Shown here: positions 39,610 to 51,002 of the stretch, in pieces
Layout of the letters: each line of letters opens with the position of its first letter
Numbering within the stretch: the stretch's first letter is position 1
Virus record (IMG/VR): IMGVR_UViG_3300042892_002240
Span: 28,495 to 92,494 of that record
Source of the DNA: a virus
Reading direction: 5' to 3' (one strand)
DNA length: 64,000 nucleotides
The notes under the pieces: generated by a model
The model's input: only the letters and a program-made list of their open reading frames with translations
Database searches by the model: none
What the model was told of the DNA's origin: nothing
Program-made: the position numbers and the translations under genes

Positions 39610-41046
39610 TTATCGGTATGTGTTAATAAGACTGTCTTGTATTTCTTCTAGCAAGTATTCACCCTTGCCATCTACTATTTCCCCTGCAGAAAACGCTTTG
39701 CTTTCTAACAGGCCCCATAACCGCTCATCAATTGTCCATGAGCCATCAATACTGGCCAAGCAAACTTCTACTGTTACATCGTTTATCTGGCCAATTCTGT
39801 GGAGCCTATCTTCTACTTGTGTTAGATCACTGGGTGACCAAGGTAATTGTGTGATTAATACATGGTGGTTTCTGCCATCACCATGCAATGTCAACCCAAC
39901 ACCAACTGACTTGATCTGCCCAATCATTACTCGTGCTTCACCACTATTAAAAGCACGTATAGATTCTGCTTTCATGTTGTCATCCATGCGACCGTTGAAC
40001 TCAACTACACCGTACTTACTAAGTTCCTCACTCAGGCTTTCCATGACATCATGATGCTCAGCAACTATAAAGAGCCCATGGTCTTCTGGCAAGGTCTCTT
40101 TAAATAACTCTTTTGCACGTTCTACTACCCCCTTTACTTTGCACGCCCCTGCTAGCTTCCGCATAGTAGTGAGCTTTACTAACGCTTCATTACGCATTGC
40201 GCCACGCCACTCTTTACCAGCCCCTGCTAAGTACGCGACTAAATCCTCTTCAGCAAGTAAATAATCTTTGACGGGCTGACCTCTTCCTTCAATATGGACA
40301 CCAGCACGACCTTTGTTGGGCAGGTCTAGCACATCATCTCTTTTAAGCCGCAGCATAAACGATGAGATCATCGCTGCATTGAGCCCAAGAGAGTCAACGT
40401 TGGCACGCTTACCAAACTTATTGCGCTTACCATTACCATCTAGCTCCACCGGACAGTAGTAGTTCCAAAAGACACCCTTACCACCAATGGCTTTCCAAGC
40501 TTCGTCACCAAGTATTTCTATTTGAGCACCCATCTCCATGTTCCTACCATTGGGGGTAGGTGTACCAGACATAAGTATCTTGAATCCGCTTATTGTCTTA
40601 GATATCTTTATGACTGCTTGTGTACGCCTGGCAGAGATGTTCTTAACACGGTGAGACTCATCAACAACAAGAGTCTTGAACCTACCTAGCAACGACAATG
40701 GGTCATCTGCTAACTCAGGTGTCCAATTTGCTATTACTGAATCTCCAATGATGTACACATCGGCTAAGGGAAGATCTTTAGGATACGATCCCCTAAGAAC
40801 TTCCACAGTCAAGTGTGGGGCAAACTTCTCTAACTCTTTTACCCAAGTTAAACGCAAGGACGGTGGGACGACTACAAGGGCTGGGGATTCACCCAACTCT
40901 TTTGCTCTGCTAATAACTTCAATTGCACATGCTGTTTTGCCAAGGCCCATGTCAAGAGCTAAGTAAGCCTGCTTCTTGTCCATGACAAACTCAACGGCTG
41001 CTTCTTGGTGAAACATTAACGGAGTAGGTACCACCGCTTTCATCAC
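39610..41046 (-). CDS. SNF2-family helicase (second copy)
   Basis: DMGLGKT, VVDESH, MSGTP, GVGLTL and QVEDRLHRIGQ motifs. Confidence 0.9.
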   Translation of the reverse strand: MMKAVVPTPLMFHQEAAVEFVMDKKQAYLALDMGLGKTACAIEVISRAKELGESPALVVVPPSLRLTWVKELEKFAPHLTVEVLRGSYPKDLPLADVYIIGDSVIANWTPELADDPLSLLGRFKTLVVDESHRVKNISARRTQAVIKISKTISGFKILMSGTPTPNGRNMEMGAQIEILGDEAWKAIGGKGVFWNYYCPVELDGNGKRNKFGKRANVDSLGLNAAMISSFMLRLKRDDVLDLPNKGRAGVHIEGRGQPVKDYLLAEEDLVAYLAGAGKEWRGAMRNEALVKLTTMRKLAGACKVKGVVERAKELFKETLPEDHGLFIVAEHHDVMESLSEELSKYGVVEFNGRMDDNMKAESIRAFNSGEARVMIGQIKSVGVGLTLHGDGRNHHVLITQLPWSPSDLTQVEDRLHRIGQINDVTVEVCLASIDGSWTIDERLWGLLESKAFSAGEIVDGKGEYLLEEIQDSLINTYR

Positions 41047-41153
41047 TCTAACTCCTCCTCGTCGCCGTAGTAATCTTTTTCTTCTCGGTATCTATCGTCT
41101 GCCCGTTGTTCAGCGTCGCAACCGCAACATGGTCTGTCTTCGCATTGGCACAT
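41043..41153 (-). CDS. 36-aa Cys-rich microprotein
   Basis: Read manually: MCQCEDRPCCGCDAEQRADDRYREEKDYYGDEEELE; aaggag RBS; overlaps the SNF2 start. Confidence 0.65.
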   Translation of the reverse strand: MCQCEDRPCCGCDAEQRADDRYREEKDYYGDEEELE

Positions 41154-41167
41154 CTTTTTCTCCTTAA

Positions 41168-41413
41168 TTAGTTGTTGATGAACTCATCAGGAACTTGCAC
41201 TGTAGTAGTCCAACCACGATTGGATCGCCATTGCATGTACATGATGTTTTTAATTGCAGTGAATAGTGCGACAAGGAACATTGCTATACCTACACCCAAA
41301 TACACTTTGTTTGATTCAATTACTAACAACCGCCCAATTGTTATCACCATTAGAAAACTAATAACAACTTGTTTGATAACTGCTCGCTTAGGCGAAACCA
41401 CTAAATTTCCCAC
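41168..41413 (-). CDS. Small membrane protein
   Basis: Two hydrophobic segments. Confidence 0.5.
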   Translation of the reverse strand: MGNLVVSPKRAVIKQVVISFLMVITIGRLLVIESNKVYLGVGIAMFLVALFTAIKNIMYMQWRSNRGWTTTVQVPDEFINN

Positions 41414-42087
41414 AACTCTACCTCGTTTCTTTTTACAAACTCGTAAGCTTTATTAAAAGCGTTAGTACTTAATTCTTGCGTTGCTTGCTCATGGCAATTG
41501 CATCCATCGTGTTCGTTGTCTGCTTCAGAACAATCTTCTTCGTACTTGAGGTCATCATACCCATAAGTTTCATAAAACACCAATATGCCTCCAATCCAAA
41601 CGTGCGCACCACCAAACCCCATACCCCACTCTTCATAACTATTAATGAAGTGCAGTCGTGGAAACTTAGATGATACGTACGACCAGAAGTTGTTTTCAAA
41701 TGGCCCCCATGCGGTTTCGTAGTTAAACGATAATGTTTTAGATGTTTCTCCTAATTCATGCCGTTCAAAACACCTTGTCTCACAATCACCCCATTTGGTA
41801 CCCCACTCGGCATTTGCCCATTCATAACTGTTCTTGTGTCCAGTTATTTTTAGGCACAACTCTTGATGCTCTTTTATTAGCTGATCTTTTTCAAAAGCCA
41901 ACTCAAGAGTAAAGGGATGCTTGTTGTACTTCTTAAGCTTTACAGGGTCCCTTGTAAGTACCGCTGGCATCTTTTTTAAGTTTGTCAAACTTGTTGTGCC
42001 ATCTTTGTTTGTGACTTTTAAAAGAAGCTTTTCGAGCTGCTTCTGGTTACCTCTTATGACTGTTGTGTTGTTACACCAGTTGGGCAT
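41401..42087 (-). CDS. DUF1281/YubB-like ferredoxin-fold protein
   Basis: MPNWCNN start; WANAEWGTKWG; FNYETAWGP. Confidence 0.8.
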   Translation of the reverse strand: MPNWCNNTTVIRGNQKQLEKLLLKVTNKDGTTSLTNLKKMPAVLTRDPVKLKKYNKHPFTLELAFEKDQLIKEHQELCLKITGHKNSYEWANAEWGTKWGDCETRCFERHELGETSKTLSFNYETAWGPFENNFWSYVSSKFPRLHFINSYEEWGMGFGGAHVWIGGILVFYETYGYDDLKYEEDCSEADNEHDGCNCHEQATQELSTNAFNKAYEFVKRNEVELWEI

Positions 42088-42132
42088 GTTTCTCCTTTGT
42101 TATTGGACCTGACCACGATTGAGCCATGGCGT

Positions 42133-44637
42133 TTACCATCTTTCTCTGTACTCAAAGTCCTCGGGTGGTTCAGGCGGTTCGTTAAGCATTCTCCAATAAG
42201 AATCAACGCAGCTGTCATAGTGGCTACTATCACGCCAATCGCCTTCGTCTAGACCGGGGTTCTCTTTTAAGAACTCGTCTAACCCCTCCCAGTAAGAGTC
42301 TGTGTCGTTGTATAACTCACAGGCATTTTCAAAATCATCTGCTGCTTTGCACATGTCTTGAAATGGTTGTTCAAGCCATGCGTCGTAGTTAGTACCCATT
42401 GATGTATATACTCCATTCCTCGTCTGTCATGTTGTCACGATTACGTTCTGAACAACCCCAACACTCACCAGTATCTGCATCATGATCTATACGACTAGAG
42501 GCAACATACTTTTGCCCACAATCGCACATACCTAATTCAGTATCGTCGTAGTTAGCGCCCATTACTCACTCTCACAGTCGTGTCCGTATAGCCATTCGGC
42601 ATGGTCAATTTCATTAGTGTGATCAAAGATCCGATCACATTCAGCACATTTGTCAACAAGCAGATGACCCCACCCGTCACAGTGAGTGCATTCAACGTAG
42701 TCTGTTACTCCATTCCACGTGCCACCATGGCCCTTACAGTCAGGGCACATCTTTTTAGTTGTAGCAATAGGGCTACCCATTCTTTTTCCTCGCTTTTGCA
42801 CTCAGGGTCATTCCAACCCATGCCCAAATTCTCCATTCTTCTTGGGGCAACAAACCACCATTCTCTTTGCCACCCCATTGCTCTAATGCTTCAAGCACAC
42901 CACAGTCACTACAGATTTCTGTCTTGTCATCTGTGCGGCTAATGGCACCCGGGTACTGCCCACGCTCGGAAGCGTTGGGCACAGCACCTAGGCACCTTGG
43001 GCAGGTATGGTCAGGGAACTTTTCACTCATGCTTTTACTCCTAATTCGTTGATTGCGTTGACGTACGCGATAGCAGACAACTCTTCTAATTGCTTGGTTG
43101 CTGCTTCAATGATTTGCTTTAGGGTATCAACAAGGTTGGGGCCATCGCAGTGTTCCTTGAAGAATACATTTACCGTGTGATCTCCTGCATTTAATTGCAA
43201 TGTTCTAAACGGCACAGCAGAAAGAACGGGGTCTGTAAAGTCCCCAAACTCCATGCTCACTCTGCTATCACCACGTAGGTGAACGCTTGTTGATGTTCTT
43301 GTGTAGTCGTAACTCATTTTGTTTCCTTTGCTGTTTTTATTAGGTCTGATGCAAGCTCTTGCAATTCTTCAATTTTTTGCATAACGTTTTCAACTGCTTC
43401 GTTGATGGCATCTGCTAACGCCCCAACGCCAGTCTCATTCATAATTTGTAACTCTTCATCTCTTGGGTGCAGAGCCACGGTTAATTTACCGTCGTCATTC
43501 TGAATATGCAAATACATAACGATGCGCTGGCGCTTGGGATGTTGTGAAGGACGAATGTCATTAACATTGTCAGGGTCGTCAACGGGTGCACCCCAACCTC
43601 TAATGGCCAGTACTGCTCCATGAGCAACGCCATATGTTGCTACTGCGTCCATTAAGTCGTATGGGTTGTCAGCTTCAGCAACAACACACGGCTCATTGTC
43701 TTTCCATACGCCTAGATCCCATACGGTTGCTGGGGCGTTGTCCCAACCCTCGTATTCTTTAAAGTACATTTCATCAAAGGCGATGAAGTCTTGCTCATTC
43801 ATGGTGGTTCTCCTTATTGTTGGTTTATTGGACTGCGGCACTATTAAAGATGTTGCTGTACTAACTAAATGGGTCAGCCCATTTTCTTTGTTCTTGCTCT
43901 GACAGTGATGCATCCATCACATTCTCATAATCAACATAATAAGTTGATATGAGTTTGTCAATGCGATCAAGCCTTTTGCGTAAGTTTCGGTTGCGTAACA
44001 ACCTCCACCAAGGTGTTTCAATTAGGACTGTTTCTACTAATGAAGCTTCAATGCGAGCCTCATAGAGTTTTTGCGCTAAGAACTTATTGTTCAACATGTT
44101 CCTCCGGTGAATCTATTCCGCACTTGGGACAGTACGAGTCATACTCATGGTCACATGGATCGTCGTAAGGTGCTGGTAACTTAGGCATCTGTGCCAACAA
44201 CTTACTGACTACTCCACGAATATCCAACAAGACATCAGCAACTTCTGATACAGGGGTCATGCTATGGCCTGCATTGTTTTCTAATGACTTATCAACCATT
44301 GCCATTACTTCTAAACAAACAGCGATAGTGGCAATTGTTTCAAACGATTGAAATTTTGTTATGGTGTCGCTCATTATTTCATAGCTCCATAGAACACACC
44401 GGCGTAGCCAAGCAGAAACTCCGAGACAAGATAATCAATCTCAATTGTTGATCTACTTTCGCTGTAGTCTGTCATGTCTTCTACAAACACCATGTAAAGC
44501 AAGATGATGTCTGAGATATCTTTTCGTGGATTTTCATTGCTTTTATCCACTCCGTATGGCACGTCTCGCTCTCCAAGCTTTACACCTCTTTCAAAAGCTT
44601 TCTCTGCTAGCGTTTCCAATGTGGGGTCTGGTCTCAT
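42133..44637 (-). CDS. Cluster of about ten small acidic or Cys-containing hypothetical genes
   Basis: Head-to-tail ORFs with RBSs, e.g. 42133-42399, 42773-43030, 43027-43317, 43314-43802, 43861-44097, 44084-44374 and 44374-44637. Confidence 0.6.
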
Positions 44638-44779
44638 AGGTCATCCTCTGTTTCTTTGTCATTGGTTTCGTCATCAAACGGCAACACTGTTTCAGGTCGT
44701 GGAAGTTCTATATAACCTCCAAAGATATCCCTGACGTAGGTGCCGTTGGATAGGTAACTGTATGTTGGTTCTTCTGTTG

Positions 44780-45163
44780 TCATTCTGCCTCCGTAGTTAC
44801 TAGGTCATGCTTGTGGTCTAACCACATTTTGAATGGTGGGTAAAGGCCAGCAATACGCTCTAATGCTTTCTCAGGTACTGAATGGCTATCCCCATCGTAG
44901 ACGCCATTGGCATCAAGCGCCCCAACGATTACACAAGTACCTACAAGCACTTGTCCAAACAATGCTGTGGCAATTGGGTTGATGTCAAGCCCTAATAGCA
45001 AGCCCTCGTCATGTACATAACCAACGATCTCTAAGTCGCTGTTATGCACACAGTCAAACCAACCTCCGACTGCATTGTTGAGGTACTCACCGATACCACT
45101 TTCTTTGGTATGCAGGTTGACCCCTACCACATTGTCTGTACCAATTTGAATGACCTTGATCAT
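44780..45163 (-). CDS. DUF3846-like protein
   Basis: LNNAVGGWFDCV...YVHDEGLLLGLDINPIA...LVGTCVIVG. Confidence 0.75.
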   Translation of the reverse strand: MIKVIQIGTDNVVGVNLHTKESGIGEYLNNAVGGWFDCVHNSDLEIVGYVHDEGLLLGLDINPIATALFGQVLVGTCVIVGALDANGVYDGDSHSVPEKALERIAGLYPPFKMWLDHKHDLVTTEAE

Positions 45164-46139
45164 TTGTTTTCCTCCTTGATTAATAGGTGAGATTGGACGG
45201 AGACCAGGGCTCGGATGAGCGCCGTCTTTTGTTCTTCAGTTAAAGGTTTAGCCATGGTGTCATTCCACTCTGCTTCACACAAATCAGGGCCGTAGTACTC
45301 TTCGTAACGGCCCAACAATGTGCAACGCTCACACTCAGAGATAACTGATTCCTCAGGTTCCGGTGCTTCATTGGCAATGCTCCAAAGCATTCTTTCCTCA
45401 GCTGTTTTGTTTTGAGACAATCGATATTGATAGTCTTTCTCAATATCTGACTCCACACAAGAACATGGGGTGGAACCAATGAACCACCTCATGTCTTTCA
45501 CTAATGAACGCAACACTTTCTTTTTGCTGTTGTTGAACATGCTTCCTCCTATTTGTTTTTCTCTGATAAAGACAGTAAGGCTGCTTCTCTGGCAAGTGCT
45601 TCAGCTTGCTGCATTAACTCTTGCGCTTCTCTAGCCAAGTTCATGCTCTTGCGCATCAAATCACCTACAGCACCACAGCCACCATGATCTATAGACCACT
45701 TGAGGCTAAGGGATGCTAACGCAATTGGCAACTCTCCTTGATAACGACTTTCATCGTCATCATCAGAAATAATTTCTACTTTGTTAGTAGCAAGATCCCA
45801 ACATCCAAACTCAATGGTGTTATGGTCACTTACAACTGCAAGCATGATGATTTGAGATACAACTTCACCTGTATCGGGGTCACGCTTACGGGCGGGCACA
45901 AAGAAGCCAAAGCTTTCTTTTGGAAGCCTGTCAGTTTCGTGACACAAGTTTGCTATAAATGCGTATGAGTCACCCTCATACTCTTCTTTCTCCATTGACG
46001 AGATCTCTGGAAGAAACTCGTCATCTAGAGATAAAGGAACAACACTGGCCCAAAGATCATCAAACGGATCGTTGACTTTGTTGCCAATGTTGTTACTGAA
46101 GTGTTTCCACAAATCGTGGATTGATTTATTAGTAGCCAT
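45160..46139 (-). CDS. Two hypothetical genes (45160-45540, 45549-46139)
   Basis: ORFs with RBSs. Confidence 0.6.
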
Positions 46140-46188
46140 AGCCTCTTCCTTGTGTTAATTGGACCGCATCACGATTGTGATGTGGGTA

Positions 46189-47619
46189 TTAGTACTCCAA
46201 CCCGCGAGTAAGCTTTACGGGCAACTTGTCACCACGGGCAACTTTCTTGAGAGCCTCAACAGTCTCTGCGACGTCGTATGTCATGTGAATGCCATGTTTA
46301 CGAACAATGCTGATGCACTGCTTGGTCAATTCTGTGCGCTGCTGGTCACTCTGACCGTCAGTCACATAACCATCGCATAGCCAGATGAATGGCTCACTCT
46401 TCCTGCGCATTGATAGTGCAAACGCCAGTGCAGGTCCATCTACACCATTGCCACCGTTACCTCTGCGTACATTCTTGACAACCTTGCCACGATCAGCAAG
46501 CACCCAGATGTTGGGCTCATCAGTAGTTGAACCAGTTGAATGGCTGTAACCAATAACTACACACCCAGGCGAAGCCTTGATGATTTGCCACAGGTCATCA
46601 GTATCCAACTGCATTGAACCGGATTGGTCAATCAAGATGACGCCACCAACGCCCCGAATGGTCTTGTCAAACACTCGCTGATCAGGATCAGTGAGCATAC
46701 GACTGATGCGTCGTGGAGCTTTACCAATGTCAGTAGCTACACGACGACGACCGAGACGACCAGCGACCCGTTCAGTCAAAGGGATCTTGTCAATGATAGG
46801 GACTGCAAACCCTGTATCACCACCGATACTAACTTCCTCACCGTGTATGCCATCACTAGCTTTACGCTCGGCTTTGGACCTGGTAACCATGCGTGACAAG
46901 TCACGAGCTAACGGTAGTGTGAATGCCCGATAACCCTTAGGCACAGACGCATACTCAGTTGAAGTCTCACCATCGTCATCCTCTTTGCTAGACACTGCAA
47001 TTGAGTACGGCTCAGTGCTGGCAATACGGCTGGCATGCAGACGATTCCATGAACGCTCGTGTCTCGCACAAACTTTCTTGACATCCTTGGCAAACTGGTA
47101 CATATTTGCGTCAGCACCAGCGTCAACTGCTTTCTTGATACCTCGCATAAACGCAGTGCATGCTTTAGTACCGTAGGTCGCAGAGACCATACGCATGATG
47201 CCCATGAGGTCCTGACCATTGGTAAGAATCTCACCTGAAGTCTGCTCACTGCCATCTTTGAGCATGTCCGTGTCAAAGCCAAGACGCTTTGCCAAGTAAT
47301 TGACACGCAACTCCTCAGCTGACTCAACAAGCTCGGGGTGGATAGTGTCTGCCCAGTCAAGCGGAATAGCAGGCCCAATCTCAGGAGAGACCTTGGCATG
47401 CAATGCTTCATGAGCACGGATCACACGTGACAACTGGTCAGTACCCATTGGAACTTTCATGCGCCGATTCTTGATGTCAGTGAATGCATCACCACGCTGT
47501 GCTGATGCAGACGTGACATTCCACGGAGTATCGTTAGACAGGTCATCTCTGTCTAGCCACTCAGGGAACACACTGACAAGCTTTGGCTTTGGCTTTGGCT
47601 TATCTGTTTTATTGCTCAT
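46189..47619 (-). CDS. vWA-domain protein with an N-terminal HExxH (CobT-like partner of the AAA ATPase)
   Basis: RAHEALH; ILIDQSGSM MIDAS motif; IWLCDG. Confidence 0.8.
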   Translation of the reverse strand: MSNKTDKPKPKPKLVSVFPEWLDRDDLSNDTPWNVTSASAQRGDAFTDIKNRRMKVPMGTDQLSRVIRAHEALHAKVSPEIGPAIPLDWADTIHPELVESAEELRVNYLAKRLGFDTDMLKDGSEQTSGEILTNGQDLMGIMRMVSATYGTKACTAFMRGIKKAVDAGADANMYQFAKDVKKVCARHERSWNRLHASRIASTEPYSIAVSSKEDDDGETSTEYASVPKGYRAFTLPLARDLSRMVTRSKAERKASDGIHGEEVSIGGDTGFAVPIIDKIPLTERVAGRLGRRRVATDIGKAPRRISRMLTDPDQRVFDKTIRGVGGVILIDQSGSMQLDTDDLWQIIKASPGCVVIGYSHSTGSTTDEPNIWVLADRGKVVKNVRRGNGGNGVDGPALAFALSMRRKSEPFIWLCDGYVTDGQSDQQRTELTKQCISIVRKHGIHMTYDVAETVEALKKVARGDKLPVKLTRGLEY

Positions 47620-47691
47620 ATCCCTCCTCAGGGTGTAGTGGGCAGGACGGCGGCACAATTGAATGCGCCACCGTCCCACCCGATTGGTTAC

Positions 47692-48414
47692 TTAGGCATT
47701 AACGCTGTTGACTTTGATGGAGTCAATAATCCCCATCCACATGTCGTTGAATACGAGCTGTGCTGCACGCTCGTCACCCAACACCTTGCGCACTTGATCG
47801 AAAGCCTTCCAAGTACGCAAAGAGATGCGGCGGTCATTGTCAAGGTCACACGACAATGCCGCAGCCGAACGAATGTCCTCTGACAAGAATGTCAAAGCGT
47901 CCGGGTGGGGGCAATTGATGCGCACGACAAGTGGGAAACGATCCTTGAGGGCAGTCGGGAGTTCCCGCATGTCCTCAATGTTGGTCGTCATAACTGCTGA
48001 GAAGCCGGCATTGGGCTTGACTGTACGGTCATTCTCGGGGTGCAAGAATGATGCAGACTCAGGGCTGTCAAGCATGCTGAGCATGAGTGACAACACGTCG
48101 CCAGATGCACGGTCAATTTCGTCAATGATGACGCGACCGCCGACAGAGCCATTGCCTTCCCAAGCACGAAGTACTGCGCCGTCGTGCCATTTCCATGTGC
48201 CACCACCGGTGGGCATGAAGTGACCAGTGATGTCACTACTGGTCATGTCTTCATTACAGATCAAGCGATGTGCTCCACCTGCAATGTTGCCCATGGTGAG
48301 GCCTGCAAACGTTTTGCCAGTTCCTGGCGGCCCGTGCAGAATGATGCGGTCAACGCCAGCCGTAAGCAAGTCTGATACGTCTGCCCAGCACTGGGGTAGG
48401 TTTGATGTGGTCAT
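47692..48414 (-). CDS. MoxR/CbbQ/CobS-type AAA+ ATPase
   Basis: GPPGTGKT, WHDG, IIDEIDRA, MTTN and ALKDRF motifs. Confidence 0.9.
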   Translation of the reverse strand: MTTSNLPQCWADVSDLLTAGVDRIILHGPPGTGKTFAGLTMGNIAGGAHRLICNEDMTSSDITGHFMPTGGGTWKWHDGAVLRAWEGNGSVGGRVIIDEIDRASGDVLSLMLSMLDSPESASFLHPENDRTVKPNAGFSAVMTTNIEDMRELPTALKDRFPLVVRINCPHPDALTFLSEDIRSAAALSCDLDNDRRISLRTWKAFDQVRKVLGDERAAQLVFNDMWMGIIDSIKVNSVNA

Positions 48415-48538
48415 GTTTTCCTCTTCCTGTTTGTTTTGTGCGTTAAAGATGCGCACCCCCTTTTATTAGATGGCATTACAAACTAGACAGCCGCCCGATT
48501 GAACGAGCGGCTGTCCTACTTACCTTGACTTGTTAAGG

Positions 48539-49887
48539 TCAGGCGATGTATTGGCTAACACTCTTATAAGTGCTAGCGTTTACAAACTCTTCCTCACTGA
48601 TGTTAAGAATCGCAATCGCGTTCTCAATCTCTTGGATCTCCCGTGTGCTGATGTTCCTAGGGAAGTCTGGCATTTCAGGGCGCTTGAACTTTTTTGCGTC
48701 CAACTGGAAGCTTATTGAAACACTTCGGGTATGCCCATACATGTAATTACTTATGTCCACGTGGGATACCTTGAGCTTTCCTGAAACAATTGCTTCAAGT
48801 ATTGTTGCTTCAAAGGCCTTAAGTGCATCTTTGTGTGCTTCTCCAGCTTTTTCGTACGCTGCCTTGGCATCCAGACGCTGCTTCAATGCTTTCTGAAGTG
48901 CCTTGATTAAGGCAACACGCTTGACTTTGATGTTCATTGGTTTTCCTCTTCCTTGTGAGCTGTTGTAGGTCGCTCTTCACCTAATAATTCTCCCCTGAAC
49001 AGGAAGAAAAGAAAGAAAGCCACACCAAAAAAGATGAGGCCGACCTCAAAAAGGTCATTGAGTAACTCAATCATTGAGCAACCTCCGTTTGTCCCTGGCT
49101 GGTGGGTTGGCTTTACGCTCAGCCTTACACCAGCACTTTCCACCACATCCATTATCTGAGTGGTCTTTCCATCCCTGTGACTGTGACCAGCCCCAGGAAT
49201 TCTTATTTCGTATTGTTCTGCTCATGTCCCCTCCTTATGGGGTGTTGGACGGCGGCACGATTACATCGCACCGCCGTCCGTTGTTAGTTACTTTGAAGTT
49301 CTTCAGGAAACTCACTGAAGCCGGTAAACCAGCCCCAGAGTTCGGGTAGAACTTTGGCGCACTCTTCCAAGGAGTTATACCCCTTGCAATGCGCCTCCCC
49401 TGCAAGCATGGGAGTGTCGTCACTGGGCAGGTAACCGTTTTCTTGGCGGTACATCTCCCTGATGTCTTCGGGTGCATTGCTGCCCGTGAACATTCGTGGC
49501 TTGACAGCCATGAACATCCATTTTGCACTATCCCGATCCCACATGATTTGAACCGCCGGAGGTGGCAGTTCAAACCCCTCGGGAAGCCCGTTGAATCCGT
49601 CACCGTCAGACATTACGTGCCTGACGCTGACGGCGAGCCTTGAGACGAAGATGCGCAGCAAGGCTCTGCGAATCTACATTAGGCACAACTGCCTTGGCTC
49701 TACGCACTACATCACGGTTGATGATGCGGTGCAACGTGTCGTCTTCCGGAGTCAAACCCCATGTAGGGGCCCACTTCCAGAAGTTCTGGTTTGACTGGAT
49801 GTCAGTCTCGTCACCGAGACTTTCAGCCACTAACTTACCAAGCAAGGAATCCATTATAGATTCTCCCTCTCTGTTTACTATATCCAC
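48539..49887 (-). CDS. Five small hypothetical genes (48539-48937; 48934-49074, membrane; 49067-49225; 49284-about 49613; 49606-49887)
   Basis: Overlapping stop/start pairs and RBSs; 49067-49225 (MSRTIRNKNSWGW...) read manually. Confidence 0.55.
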
Positions 49888-49898
49888 ACGGTGTGGAG

Positions 49899-49971
<73 letters not shown>

Positions 49972-49976
49972 TGGGG

Positions 49977-50511
49977 CTAGAACCCGTCTGTCATAGACAG
50001 CATTTCTAGAATCGGGCTCGCTACTAAAAAGTCACAGATGTTTTTATGCCCCTCTATGACTAACACTGGTTCTCCATTTTTGAGAACCTTGTATTCGGTA
50101 TATTGCACGTCAAACTCATTGACGTGCCAATTAAAAGTGAGATGTATGTCCCACTCTCCTTGTGGGTGGCGTGCTACAAGAGCACGCTTCACCTCACTCA
50201 TCACGGTGCACCACGTGGTTGATAAAACTCTCAACCATGCGCTGCTGCGCAAGTGTCAATTTGCGACAGTCAAACACACCGGGTTGCCCCAGCATGTCTG
50301 TCTCAATGTCCGACCAATAATCTTTCTCATTGGAAGTTATGAGAATATGGTTTGAGTACGCCATAGCGCCACACTCAAACCATTCGTCAACCATGGCGTG
50401 TGCCATTTGTTTGGCACCCGCTTGGTCCTGTATGTCATACGTGACGCCTGATTCGGCAGACGTCAATTCGTTTTCATAACGAATTTCTAACGTAATCAAT
50501 GGTCTTTCCAT
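49977..50511 (-). CDS. Two hypothetical genes (49977-about 50201, 50194-50511)
   Basis: ORF track; RBS before 50511. Confidence 0.55.
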
Positions 50512-50588
50512 TATTACCCCTCCTTGGGTTGTTCCTCTCATTGAGGCTTTTTGGACGCCAGCACGATTTTTGGTCGTGCTTGTCCTAG

Positions 50589-50708
50589 TGGGGCTGAGGG
50601 GAATCGAACCCCTGAGACACTTTCGTGATCCTGTCTTCTGGCTTTTAGTTAATTAATAACAAGCCGCGACTCGGTAATTGAAATTGTTGTGCTCTACCGT
50701 ACAACCCC
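50589..50708 (-). ncRNA. Expanded tRNA-like RNA (element B, 120 nt)
   Basis: Acceptor GGGGTTG/CAGCCCC-A; T-arm AGGGG-TTCGATT-CCCCT; non-canonical D-, anticodon- and variable-position arms. Confidence 0.7.
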
Positions 50709-51000
50709 CAGTGGCATACTGATAAGCCATTTGCCTTGTGCATGCCAGACAAGGACATAGTACGCAGGTTGCTTATCAATCCTGACCCGTCACTATCGGC
50801 ACGGTGCAGCCGTTTGGCAATGGTGCAAGTATTTCGAGACCCATGCATGAACGTATCCATGCACTTCGTGCTATTGCCAAACTTTCCCTCAGGCTACTGC
50901 TGTCACAGTAGATGGCATATCTGACAGGATATAACATCAATCCACGCTTGCCCGTACATTATCCGGGATTCGCATACACTAAGTGTTACCTGAGGTACTC
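50709..51000 (-). ncRNA. Candidate highly structured, pseudoknotted ncRNA
   Basis: At least 9 stems and 4 loop-mediated complementarities visible by eye; no convincing ORF. Confidence 0.65.
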
Positions 51001-51002
51001 GG

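Noticed and set aside
45193-45210. An eleventh copy of the TTGGAC element
   Set aside because: It lies inside a CDS and lacks the CACRATT half and the hairpin.
50645-50924. ORFs 50645..50860 (-) and 50736..50924 (+)
   Set aside because: No RBS, unprotein-like composition, and they overlap the tRNA-like and structured elements.
50940-51002. HDV-like (theta) ribozyme in the 3' trailer of tRNA-like A, or a hammerhead
   Set aside because: I could not fit the P1/P2/P3/P1.1 topology or a CUGANGA/GAAA core by eye; a covariance-model search is needed to exclude it fully.
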